From the NCBI GenBank assembly GCA_002269645.1, contig NIVC01000059.1, positions 124,001 through 188,000 on the forward strand: 64,000 nucleotides of DNA, in the 5' to 3' direction. The stretch is from Macrostomum lignano. Lineage: Eukaryota. The notes under the pieces were generated by a model. It worked only from the letters and a program-made list of their open reading frames with translations. It ran no database searches and had not been told where the DNA came from. The first letter of the stretch is position 1, and every line of letters begins with the position of its first letter. A program made the translations under genes and the position numbers. Shown here piece by piece: positions 12,663 to 24,200 of this stretch.

Positions 12663-13050
12663 TCTCCTCTTATTTCCTCTATCCTCTCTCCTTTCGACTC
12701 TGTAATCTCTTCCCTCTCCTCTCTCCTCTCATCTTCGTCTATGCAATCTTTTTCTCTCTTCTCTCTTCTCTCTCTTCTGTTCTCTCTACTCTCAAATATC
12801 TCGTCTCTGCTCTCTCATCTCTTCTTTCTTCTCTTTCATCTCTCCCAACTCATCTCTTCTCTCTTCTTTCATCTTCCTCTCTCCTCTCTCCCCTCTTCTA
12901 TCGTCTCTTCCCTCTCAGCTCTCTTCTCTCTCCTCTCGTCTCCTCTCTCCTCTTTGCTCTCCTCTCTTATCATTCCTCTCTCCTGTCTCATCTCTCCTGT
13001 CTCATCCCTCCTGTCTCATCTCTCCTCTCTTCTCTCTGCTCACTCATCTC
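12268..13050 (+). repeat. Dispersed repeat with CT-rich tail (copy A, CpG-intact), including a pure (CT)n at about 12568-12660
   Basis: About 300 bp of unique head aligns with 22473-22760 and partly with 26055-26130; both long copies continue into CT-rich low-complexity sequence. Confidence 0.85.
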
Positions 13051-14589
13051 CACTCTATAATCTGTTCCGTTCCCCACGGGAAATGAGTTCCGGCGCTGGC
13101 TGGTTCACCCTGTCGATTCTTGCAGCAGTTTGTGTGCAGATCTGCACAAGCCAACTCTCTGCAGGCATAAAGCTTAGCCAGCTTCAAGTCCTCCTTTATA
13201 TTCCCTACTATAGTATGACCACCGTCTTATACGGTCTGACCTCGCCATCGCCCACACGGTAGTTGACGCTTTAAACTACGGGGTTCATGGCAGCTAATTC
13301 TAAAGATTGCAAGCTTGCTAAACTCGCTAAAAGGCATTGGAAGCAACTCGACAGCAATGTGGGTTCGTGATGCAGAAATATATTTCAAAGATGCTTTTAG
13401 GTCAAATTATTTGGAATCAGGGAGCGCAATAGAATGTATCTTAAATGCAGCGCACCGGTTGGCCGTGAGGAAGCTCTTCGTGCTTTGTGCTCTCACAGAA
13501 CTCCACTCAGGTTATCCCATAGAAATCTAGAATACTAGAAACTAGAATTTGGCGCAGAAGAATACTAGAAATCTAGTTAGTATTCTAGATTTCTATGTAT
13601 TTAACTGAGAAAAACCTTGGGTAGAAGAGCCCGCACAGCTTCAGACGTGAATTTTTTCCGGCCATAAATACATCCAAAACTGATAAATCTTCTATATAAC
13701 TAAATCTGAATAAAAACTCGGCTCAGGCACGGCTCGAAATCTGACAAAATGACATTGGAAAGTCTCTCCGACTTTTGGTCTGGGATAAATTGTTTGCGAT
13801 TGCTGTGCCCGGTCGCGACCTGGCTACCATTTCTATTCATCCGACTCCGATTTTATTCAGAAAATTTCCTTTTGTTTACTCAAGTTATTTCTTCCATTCT
13901 GACGCATGCACACAGCATTCGAATTCGCGCTAAATATGAGGGGGCGCGGCCCACCACAGAGACTATATGGGATGGGGCGCCAGAAAATCCATCACGCGTG
14001 CTCATGGAGAGTAATTACCCGCGTTCTGAAAGATTGGTTCTGGTTCTAGGGTTCCTTCTTTGGTTCTGTGCTGGGAGGGCAGCTTTATTTAACTAATAAT
14101 TACTCTAGGATAGCTTGTTGGACAGTGAGGTAAAGCGGTTATAAGACAAGGTTAATTATAACAAGTGCCAGAAATATTTACTGGCTTTAATTGTCACACT
14201 TCTAGCAGAATAGGGTCAGTTGCATTACATTCCCTGCAATATGATACTTTGCATTAGCAGTCAGCAGTATCGGTAAAGATCAGAACCTACCAATGAAGAA
14301 CTGCACCGGCCCTATTCGTTTATTACTGCACTTGCTGCGCCAAAATGTTACAATTGTAACTGTATGAGCTTTCGAATTTAAAAACATTTCGTATTTACTT
14401 GCAATTTTTCGGTTTTATACCCGTGACTTTAAAAAATGCTTTGCTGACTACTTAGGCATATAGAATAGTAGAAAACGATGAATATCTAAACAAAAATTTG
14501 TTGACAGAATGTTCGGCCACTTTTCGACCATGATTCGACCAATGTTTGTTCCCTCTCTGAAAATTCGATGTTCTCCCTAGATTCGACAG

Positions 14590-14990
14590 AGAATCGACGT
14601 CGAATTTTACACCGGGCGTTTGCTGTGTTTGACAATGTAAAAGATCACGACGTGTTTCTTACGACTACCACCCGAACATCAAGTTCACCATGGGGCGCGG
14701 ATAGAAGAATCTCGCTTTTCTTGACACCGATGTTGACTGTTCTGGACACCGTCGTCCTCTTGTGAAGGTTTACCGTAAACCTACGTTTACTGGGCTGGTG
14801 TTGAATTTCCGTGCTTTTTGTCCGTCTCTTTGGAAAGCTGGTTAAGTCAGATGCCTCCTTCACGGAGCCTACGGGGTGAGCAGTGCTTGGAGTTTATTTC
14901 ACTAAGAAGTTAGTGCCCTGCCTAAAATCTTCAGATCCAACGGTTAGCCTCTCAGTTTTGTTGGTGTGATAAATAAAAGGCAATTAGATA
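14590..14990 (+). mobile_element. Penelope-like retroelement reverse-transcriptase fragment
   Basis: Frame-shifted translation HPNIKFTM...LAFLDT...VYRKPTFTGLVLNFRAFCP..WKAG*VRCLLH.A...SS.W.LFH*EV..L..IFRSNG*P is typical of the PLE RT/thumb region. Confidence 0.8.
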
Positions 14991-15488
14991 ATAGCATGCA
15001 CGGTGAGCAATTATTTAGGCCCTAGACAAACCTACTTGGAGCGTCAGAGATTTTAAAGCTATTGATCCTAATCGCCTATCGCCGGTCGGCGAGTCCTACC
15101 AGTCTTCTCCAATAGCCGCAGGTACAGTACAAGAAAAGAAAGAACACGAGGGAACACAAACCGAAAGATTTAGAGAGTGATAATCCTATATGATACAACT
15201 GATAATTGGCTAGACGATTTAATTTGATTATTCAAGCTACAGGATTCAAGCAATTCGCGGCGCAGATAATTAGACTGATGATAACGAATAATAACGATTA
15301 ATTATAATGATTATATTACGCACTGACAAGCGGATCTCAGCTTGAAGAAGAAGGAGAAGAACCGAACACGACCACGGAGAAGACTCCTAACCCCTGGCCT
15401 AAGCCAGAACCTACACTCAAACGAGAGCCCTGCCGAATCGACCGTTCAACGGAGTACCGACTAAATTCTATCGGCACTGCCCTTCAGT

Positions 15489-15994
15489 GTAACACTGAGG
15501 CCCTCGGGGTCGAGGCCGCGTACTTGATCAGATCCGACAGTCTCTATCTAACCGCGCTCGATAGCGACGACTTCAGACAGGAATTTGCCGTAGACGTTAC
15601 GCCACAAGACTAAAGCGGTTGGGCGGGAACAAAAATATGGACCGGGGGTGATGAATTCAGGCGCCTCAAAGCGCGAACCAACAAGAGAGGAGAAATCGGG
15701 CCACCGGCCGGGAAGCTGGACAAGACAAAACCGGGGAAAGAGAAGGCGGAAAGGAAGGCGAGATCTGATTGCCAAACACACTTTCATATATAGTCAGAGT
15801 CACAACCCCTCAAAACCCCCCTCAAGCCTGGTGGTGGTCGTCTGGCCGGCCGCCTGCTTAAGCCGAATTGCACTGTGCCCGCGGCGCCGGGTAAAATTGA
15901 AACTTGCCGCGTGCCAGGGTCCAGGCCGGTTCTGATTGGCTGGCCGCGCAAAGCTAGGGTTCGCAGACAAAACTCAACCCTCCGCTGAGTCACA
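15489..15994 (-). mobile_element. LTR-like segment lying between the two Penelope fragments
   Basis: Minus strand begins TGTGAC and contains CCAATCAGA and TATATATGAA promoter-like motifs. A possible end is GTTACA at 15489. The left boundary is uncertain and the insertion may extend to about 15000. Confidence 0.3.
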
Positions 15995-16154
15995 AAATTG
16001 GCGTCTAACTCTAACCTGTTTACGCAAAATTGATTCTAACTAACAAGGAAAAAGTACACCAAAAACGTGACTAAACTAAAGCAAAATAACAATTCAATAA
16101 CAATTATGCAAAACCCAACTAATAGAATACAAGGCTATCGCAAAAGATGCTCAC

Positions 16155-16680
16155 ACTACATTGGCCGCATTGTAAATGCGTTTGTCACTAAGAAATTTTC
16201 CAACGATGTGCATGGGATCCCAGCAGTCGGATCCTGGGATGCTCTGATGGTGCTCCCATTTTTGGTGATGTTTCGTTTGACTTGATAAAAACTTGAGAAA
16301 GCGTTTAGCAAATGGCTTAAATGCACCGTTCGGATTGTCTTTCGCACCGAAAATGGTTGGTCGCTTTCGTACATTGGAAAGACGACGCGACACCGCCCAC
16401 TAGAGCTAAGGAACACTGTCTAAAAAACTCTGCAATTAATGACCAGCTCCTAGTTTGTAAAAAGTGTTGAGACAGTAAACCGATTCAGCTTTTCAAAGTG
16501 TTAGATGTGTGCAAAATTTGCCATAAGCTTAAGAGTATCAGAAAGCACAAACCCAACTTGAACTGTTCAGTTTGACCCGTCTTTGGACTGTGCGGCTTGT
16601 TCATCATTTAACATACTGGTGGCGTGTGAAGATCACTTAGATTGAATTGGCCCTGACGACGTCTATGATTACGCAAACCA
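16155..16680 (+). mobile_element. Penelope-like linker plus GIY-YIG endonuclease fragment and 3' end
   Basis: Translation IGRIVNAFVTKKF...LPFL...TVRIVFRT...SYIGKTTRH(frameshift)TRAKEH...FKVLD...SIRKHKPNLN, followed by a hammerhead-like CTGACGA...CAAAC at 16653-16678. Confidence 0.75.
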
Positions 16681-16928
16681 TTTCGATTTTAAAACAGAGC
16701 GTATCTTTCCGGTTAAGCCCGTAAAGCTTATTATAAACTGTTTTTGTTCGACATGCATGCAGTCTCCTCAGTCATTGACGGAGGTTCAAAGCGACAAAAA
16801 TGCGTAAAAGCCGTCGGATCACACTAAATTTTTCTTCAGTTTATGCTGTTTTGAGTGGGCCTAATTAGGCCTCTTAAATTGCAATATCTTCGGCTTTCAG
16901 TTAAAAAAAGAAATTCCGGATACTCGAA

Positions 16929-17224
16929 GGGGTTGCAGCCTAGTGGTTAGAGCGTCAGACTCACGACTGAAAAAGTCAGGGGTTCGATTTTCGATCCCTC
17001 TCGGAATTTGTGTCCTTGAGCAAAACACCTTTTACCCACTGCAGCTGTAATATGGGTGCCAGCATTAGCTGGGGCAATTGACAGTGTATGGCGACCCCCA
17101 GGCTTTGGACTGAACAGCCTTCAGAATTCCGGTGCGTCGCTCAATAGCTGTGGCTGAGCTCTCGGTTGCACATCTGCCCATTAGTGCAGACTCAATGTGC
17201 CGGGGAACTCAATTATTATTATTA
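16929..17224 (+). mobile_element. tRNA-derived SINE
   Basis: A-box-like TAGTGGTTAGAGC, B-box GGTTCGATT, central GTGTCCTTGAGCAAAACAC and CAGCTGTAATATGGGTGCC motifs, (ATT)n tail. The 3' part recurs at 32430-32680. Confidence 0.8.
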
Positions 17225-17599
17225 CGAGCTATATATCAAAAGGGGAAATACGTCTAAGACACAAAAATTCGCCTATTTTAACGAAATTTGCACTACATAA
17301 CAGCTACTCGTAACGAAAGTCAAGCAATTAGCAGAAAAATCTGATACTTTCAGGGACAAATTTTCTAGTCAAAACAAAAACAAAAACCATTGCGAATTGT
17401 GAGATATGCATAAATGTATTGATCAAAGGACGTGGTAAAAAGCTGTCGGAATTTCGAAATCGCAGCTATTTGTTTGAATGCAGCGGCCTGCTAGCAGCAC
17501 AGAGCTGGCGAGTCTTAAGCAGCAGCGCTCTTCGCCACTCCGAATCCGATCTCCAAGGTCCAAAGCGCTTCCAAGCAGAAAATCTTCAGCAGCCAGCCA

Positions 17600-18158
17600 T
17601 CCAACTCCGCTCCGCGCTGCTTGTCCTTGTTCTCTGGCTGTCCCAGAGGACCTCCGCCTCTGAACTCTCGGTGGATTTCGTGAGGCAGCCTGCGAGCCTG
17701 AAGCACAGCTTCTTCTCTGCATGATAAGTTGGAGCTCGCACTGGACCTCAATATCACTGGCGTGGCCGAAAGGAACTGAAAGCGGTTCCTGAAAGTGGGA
17801 TGTTGAGGAAAGACTTTGGTGCGATCGTAATGGGTCGAGTTTCTAGCGATGGAACTGCCGGTCAGCTGATGGTATTTCTGTGCAACACCTGGCGCAGGTG
17901 CTTGAATATCAGGAAAAGAATCTCTGCGGACCCATCCTACATCCAGAAAGCTGTGCAATTCGCGCCCTACGGCTGGCAGGACGGCTCTCAGAAAGAGTTC
18001 GGCATCATCCGATCTAAAACCAGACCTGTGCCCAATCCTGAAGACAGCTAGCTCTGATGTGGTCTTCCAGCGACACCTGGATAACAGCCTTTCGTTCGCA
18101 CAGAACTGGGACACCTACGTGAGGGGATTCGGAGATCCCAGCGGCAACTACTGGATGG
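17600..18158 (+). pseudogene. Disrupted fibrinogen-related-domain (FReD) gene fragment
   Basis: 18059-18158 reads VVFQRHLDNSLSFAQNWDTYVRGFGDPSGNYWMG, matching the fibrinogen C-domain FQRR.DGS..F...W..Y..GFG...G.FW.G motif, and ends at a G|GTGAGC donor. The upstream signal-peptide-like stretch (LRSALLVLVLWLSQRTSA) is separated by stops (TGA TAA at 17722-17727) and frame changes. No next exon was found. Confidence 0.65.
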
Positions 18159-20253
18159 GTGAGCGGGTGGGTGACCCAGAGCCCATCTGGTTGGTAATCC
18201 AACGCAATTCAAGAGTACTGTGTGATGCAGTGAGCAGGTACTGGTGAGGGCGAGAGGCAGAGACAGCTCTTTAACAGCACATTTGAATTGCAAGCCCAGT
18301 ACAAAGTTTGGCGGGTGGCAAGCTCCAAGTCACCACGTGTACAATCCGGGCCCCCAGACCAGAAGGGATGGGAGTGTACATTGTATGTACGATTATTCCT
18401 TTCTTTTTAATTAGCCAACTTAACTCAGCCCAACGACGAACGCCATCCATGCAAGCATCGCCAAGCAATCGCATGCAAATGCAATGCGGTATGCAGCTTA
18501 ATCTGACGAATTTTGGTTCAAAAGTGTCGGCGGGCAAACTTTGGCGGGCAAACGTCGTACCCCTATGGTAAGATGGGGTTGTAGATGTGTTTTCGTATTT
18601 CTCAATAAACCGCTCAGCTTGCCTACCTTCCCTTTCCACCCCTTATGAGGTGAAAAGCGGTCATCAATAGTTGCAGCCGAGGCAGTCTTAGCTGCCAGCT
18701 GCAACCCGCTTCGCGCTCAGAAAGGCAGGCTAGTGCTCGTCCTCGCGGGTTTGGGTCCAGGGTCAATTTTGGTTGACGTCCTGGCGATACATACTATAGA
18801 AATGATCCCTAAAAGTATGATCTTGAAGACTGAGTGGGCAATTTCAACTGGCATATGTGTGACCACTGGTAACATGGTGAATGAAAACTTCGTTTTCGTA
18901 AACTCGCTAATTTGAAATTTCTTCGACCTGAGTACTAGGCCGTTAAAATATTATTATAAACTCATAAATATACGGTTCACCTACTTTTCCAATTGGATTT
19001 GATGTTTACTGCTATTGTATCAGTGTTCAAACAAAAAGACGAGTAGGGGGTCTAATATACTACACGCAAAATACGTCGTGCTACTTACAGTAGACGAAAA
19101 GCTTTTATTTTGAAAAATCTGTAATTTATTAATTGACGGGTCTCCGACTGTTGGGCTGCCTTACTGGAGGCGCTTCTCGGGTTGTGCGCGCAATCCAATT
19201 GACCTGCCGTACTCGGGTACAATTATTAAATGCCCCCTCACCGGAAGTGATGTGCATTCTAAAAATAACTTCTTTCTGCCCTGCCCGGCCAGTTTTGATG
19301 CCTGCAGCCCGGCCCTGATGATCGAGGCTGAGCCGTTGAGCCCCAGGTACTTGTAAATGTATGGTGATCTTCTATTAATTAATTTGTGTTTTATCCCTTT
19401 TTGTTTTACTTTTTGGTCATTAGCCAACTTCAAAATTTTCGCTCCAGTTTTTCTTTGCGCGTGCACACTCGTTATTTGTGGATCGTTTGCATGGTGGGTG
19501 GCGGGGCACTGGAGGGGATCCTCACGCAACTGCGCCTCTAGCTTAAACCGTGTCATTTTTCTAAAGAAACTGACTGCATGCAAAATACAAGTGTACGGAA
19601 GCAGAATAACGCGGTGTCCCCATAGGTCTAATTGGGTCCTGCATCGCTAATATGCTCAGGGCCAGATCCTGGCCCCAATCTTGGTCCCCTATTACATGTA
19701 CATGTAGATCCCGCGGCAGAGCCCTTCCCTGGGCTGACCCGAGGCGAGCTTAGCTCTCCACACCCCGTTTAATTGTACTTTCGAATTAAAATTCCTAACC
19801 TAAAGATAAATCGAGGGACCGAAAGAAGACGAGAATAAATATATTATTTTTCCAAAATTACGTAAGTAGCCCGGCCGTGTTTCTACTACATGTAGCTGTT
19901 AGTAGTTCAATGTTGATAGATGCACAATCGGAAAAAAAATTGAAAATTTTTCTAACTCGATCTCTAATTGATACATGTACTCCTAATTAAAAATACGATC
20001 ATCCGCAGCTCCCCGCATCTTCCATTCTGCACCTTTTGTTACTGCAGGGAGAGGACGACTTTTCGTCTCTCTTTATTTTAGAGACCTAATTACATTAAGT
20101 CTTAAGTTATAATTTGTGGAACGGTAATCTCAAAGCATAAATTAGCATAAAGCATAACTTATGATTTTATGCTTTCCGTTTTTTGTTTATCGGCGACGAG
20201 CTATATGCACTTTTGATCTACGATGCATGACATATACATGTACGAGCGTACGT

Positions 20254-20256
<3 letters not shown>

Positions 20257-20287
<31 letters not shown>
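20257..20287. repeat. (TA)n microsatellite
   Basis: Direct inspection. Confidence 0.9.
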
Positions 20288-20292
<5 letters not shown>

Positions 20293-21254
20293 CAAATATG
20301 TACAGCGAGTTTCATTTGGACCATGTATAATTATATAAACTGCTAGGTGTGGGTGGTCCTTGATATGTGCTATTTTATGTATGATGTATGAGGCACTGTT
20401 CTAATTACATGTTTATACCCTTATTCATATACTCCATCGTTAATATTTTTATAGCGTTTCTATGTAAAAAATGATTCCAGGAGTTAATAAATGTTAATAT
20501 ATATTTACATGTAAAATCCAGAATTTGGTCGTGTTCGATTTTCAGGTACGTTAACATCTTAAAATTTTCGTGAGAATGGATTCGAAAACTAGAAAAAATC
20601 CTATTCCAAATCAAATTAAAATCAAAATGCAGGGAACTATGAATTTTTTAAGTTTAACACAACATTTTTTTCCTTCTTTAGCTAAGAAGGAAGGAAAAAG
20701 GGGCCCGACAACTCAAGTCGTAGTACGTACTTAGATAGTCCTGGGGTTTAACAGCCCTTATAAGAAACGTTGACATTTAGATTTAGAAAATTTTTTGAAC
20801 TCCTATAAACAAGAACACTGTTTTGGAACTAACTAGCTGATTATGTAAACGGAATATTGAAAACAAGGTACGAACCATTTTCGTTCTCAGAAAGCAGAAA
20901 GAGTAACTCGTCGTAATACGAGAGGGCTTTCTAATAAGAATTATTAAGCTAAGCAAATAAATCATTTCAAAAACTTTTAAAATTTTTTAGTTTTTTACTT
21001 TAGGACCCTTGTAACAGAACATACGTTAACAACAAAAATCTTTTTGTTATAATGATTGTCTAATCATGATCAGAGATATTAATAATTGTTTTCCATGAAT
21101 CACTTATTATTCGGAATCTGAATCGCGACAAGTCAGTACTGATCTCTGGAATTCAGTTTTGTAACTTTTTCAAGTTACTTAAATAAAAACTATTAGGCCT
21201 TGCTAGGCTGATAGTATTTCGATTTAATTTCTGTGAGTTAACTGCCATTGAATT

Positions 21255-24200
21255 ATGCCTTTTCTGTTTGGTAAAAAGAAGGAAAAAACCGAGTCTCCCC
21301 AGGAGGCTATTCAGCGACTTAGAAACACAGAGGAGATGCTAAACAAAAAATCGCAGTTCTTAGAAAAAAAAATTGGGGAAGAAATTGCTACAGCCCGCAA
21401 ACATGGCACTAAAAACAAGCGAGGTAAATCAATTTAATGATTTCTGATTTGCTATTTAGTTTAGTTTTTAGTAGCCTACTTTGTACTATAACTATGGGGG
21501 CTGGGGCCTACTAGGGCCTATGGGACCTATTTTAGATTTTACTTGATCAGGATATAGCAAATTAGTACCAAATAAAGTATTAGTAAGGCCTACTGAAGCT
21601 TAATGAGTATATTATTTCCAATTTATAAAATTATTAAACCAGATGCAACATGCAAGAGGCTTGCAATTTCTTAGCTAGGCTTTGTTTAATAGGCCCCTAA
21701 TCATTTTTGAATTGCATGTTATATTTGTACAAGACCAAGATGGCCACAATATTTAATCTTTATTATATCTACTATCCCTCTACTAGTGTTCCTATAGCAA
21801 ATACAGTAAAATAGATGCCTACAGCAGCTACGGATATGCCTACGGTAGCTAGCTGCTCTTATGGCTACGACTATGGAAATATGGTAATTGCTGTCACATT
21901 CCATAGATTCCTGTAGCCGTAGTTATTAATGTTTGTAGTGCGCTGTTAAAAATGTTAAAAATTGAAAAAATATTATAAACAGGTAGAGTAAAACAAAGAT
22001 ACTTTTAGTAAACTATATTATCAACCTAGAAACTTATAACATATACCTAAAAAAGTACAATAAAACACTAGCAAACTCTAATTTTTATTAATGTGAAAAA
22101 GTTTAGCGTTAGTACTTTCAATAACAATTAAGTATTGTTGCTCTGAAAAAACAAAATATAATCTTATAAAGACATTCAAGTGTTTCTTTTATTTTTTAAT
22201 TTAATTTGCAGTTGTTTAAGCACTAGGTTATCTTCTTGATTCAAAATATTTTGTTTTTTAGACTTTTTGTTAAAACTACAGCTATGGCTATGAGAACTAC
22301 AGGAATATGGTAATTTTGGGGTCCCTACGGCTATAGAATACAGAGAATTAGAGTAAGCGATAGTTTTGCTTATAGCTATGGTACATGGACCCTCCTTACG
22401 ATAGAAAACTACCTTCTACCATTAATTAGCAACTTAATAGCTATTGTTTTATTAATTATTATATAATATAGAAGCTGGTAAAACCCATAGATTTTGAACC
22501 TGGGGAATTCCAATCCCCAGAACTATTTTTACATATATTCTGAAACTGAGGCCATACTCAGACAAAAATTTGTTAATAGTAAGATAGAAATAAATATAAA
22601 ATTAGGATTTGAGGCAAACATTGATATTGTTGGCTGAGATACTACGTAAAATTTTAGGCAATGTCTATTTAACTCTAAAACATGTATTGGCAAACTCTAT
22701 TCTTTGTCTCTGACTCTCTCTATGTCCCTTGCATCCTTTGAAAATTCTATCTTCTCTTCTGTTTCCTCTCTTAATTCTTGTCCTTACTCCTCTTTTTTCT
22801 CTCTCCTTTTCTCTCATATCTTCCTTCATCTCTTCTTTTTTCATCTCTTTTATCATATCTCTCTCTTCTTTTCTCTCTCCTCTTCTCTCTCCTCTGCTTT
22901 CTACTCTCTCCTCTCTCTCCCCCCTCTTCTCATTCCTCTTCCTTCGCACTCTCAAAACTTCATTCTTCTCTCCTCTCTTCTCTCAATTCTCTCTTCTGCT
23001 TTCTTATCTTTCTTCTACTTTTTCCTTTCTCTCTTTTTCTCTCTCTTTCTTTTTCTCTCTTATCTCTCCTCTCCCATCTCTCTTCTCTTTTCTTCCCCTT
23101 TCTATTCTTCTCTTTCTTCTCCTCTCTCCTCATTCACTTCTATCTTTCTTTGTCTTTCCTCTTTCCTTTTGTCTCTGTATTCTCTTCTCTCTTCTCTCTC
23201 TTTTGTTCTCTCAAATCTCTCTACCCTCCCATCTCTTGTCTGTTCACTCTCATCTCTGTTCTCTCATCCCTCTCTTTTATCTGTCATATTTACTGTCTTG
23301 TTCCCTCATCTCTCTCCTCTGTACTCTTTTCTTTCCCCTCTTTTGACTCCTCACTTTCCTTTCTTCTCTATTCTCCCCTCTTCTATACTCTCTTCCTCTC
23401 TTGTCTCTCTTCTTTTTCCACTCTCCTCTCTCCTTTATCTCTTATACTCTCATTTTTTTATCTTTCTTTACACTGCTCTCATCTGCTCTTTACTCTCATA
23501 TCTACTCTCTCCTCTCATTTGCAGCTCTCTGCTCTCTCATCTTGCTTCTCCTTTTCCCTCTTCTTTCTCCCCCTCTCTTTTGTCCTCACCCCCTTATCTC
23601 TCTTAATATATTCTATCTTTTCTCTTATCATCTGTCTTGCTTCATCATGGGCTCAATTTTTATGATGGGCCTAATCTAGCAGGGTTGTATTGCATTGCAT
23701 TGCCTTTTCATAAATCTTTCACTTTTACAAACCATGCTGAATTGCCTTAATTTGTCAATTGTCATCCACTGTTAAACTGCTGCAGAATTTGCCAATATAG
23801 ACAATGGTTAGAATTTCTCACTAAACTATTATGGATAGCTAAATTTAGCCTCTCCATAGGGGTACATAAAAGGCTTTTAAAAAGTTATTCTAAAACACTG
23901 TATATTTGCTATGTACATTCAGCCCTATCACCTGACCCTTGGTCTGGCTCTGGGGGAATGAATGAGTAAATGACACAAACAACAGAAAAAGCAGACAAAC
24001 TTCACATGCTTACAGTTTCTGTTCTGATTGGGTTACAGAGTTGAAACTTTACATTTAGATAGAGAATGAGTCAATGAAGAATTGTGTCAAGTTTGAAGTC
24101 AATCACTTTACGTGGAGCAAACTTATAACAGCTGAAAGTTAGTCAATTTTGAAACCCTTTTACATATCTAGGCTGCCCAGATTGGAAAAGAGAGACAGGT

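Noticed and set aside
16929-17010. Possible tRNA gene
   Set aside because: A and B boxes are present but there is no good cloverleaf, and it continues into a SINE body and tail that recur at 32.4 kb.
17722-17727. In-frame TGA as selenocysteine or readthrough
   Set aside because: It is immediately followed by TAA, frameshifts occur nearby, and no SECIS was recognised; pseudogenisation is simpler.
22704-23679. Leu/Ser/Phe-rich ORFs resembling membrane proteins (also 12372-13262 and the 5' part of 5929-6831)
   Set aside because: Translations of CT-rich low-complexity DNA.
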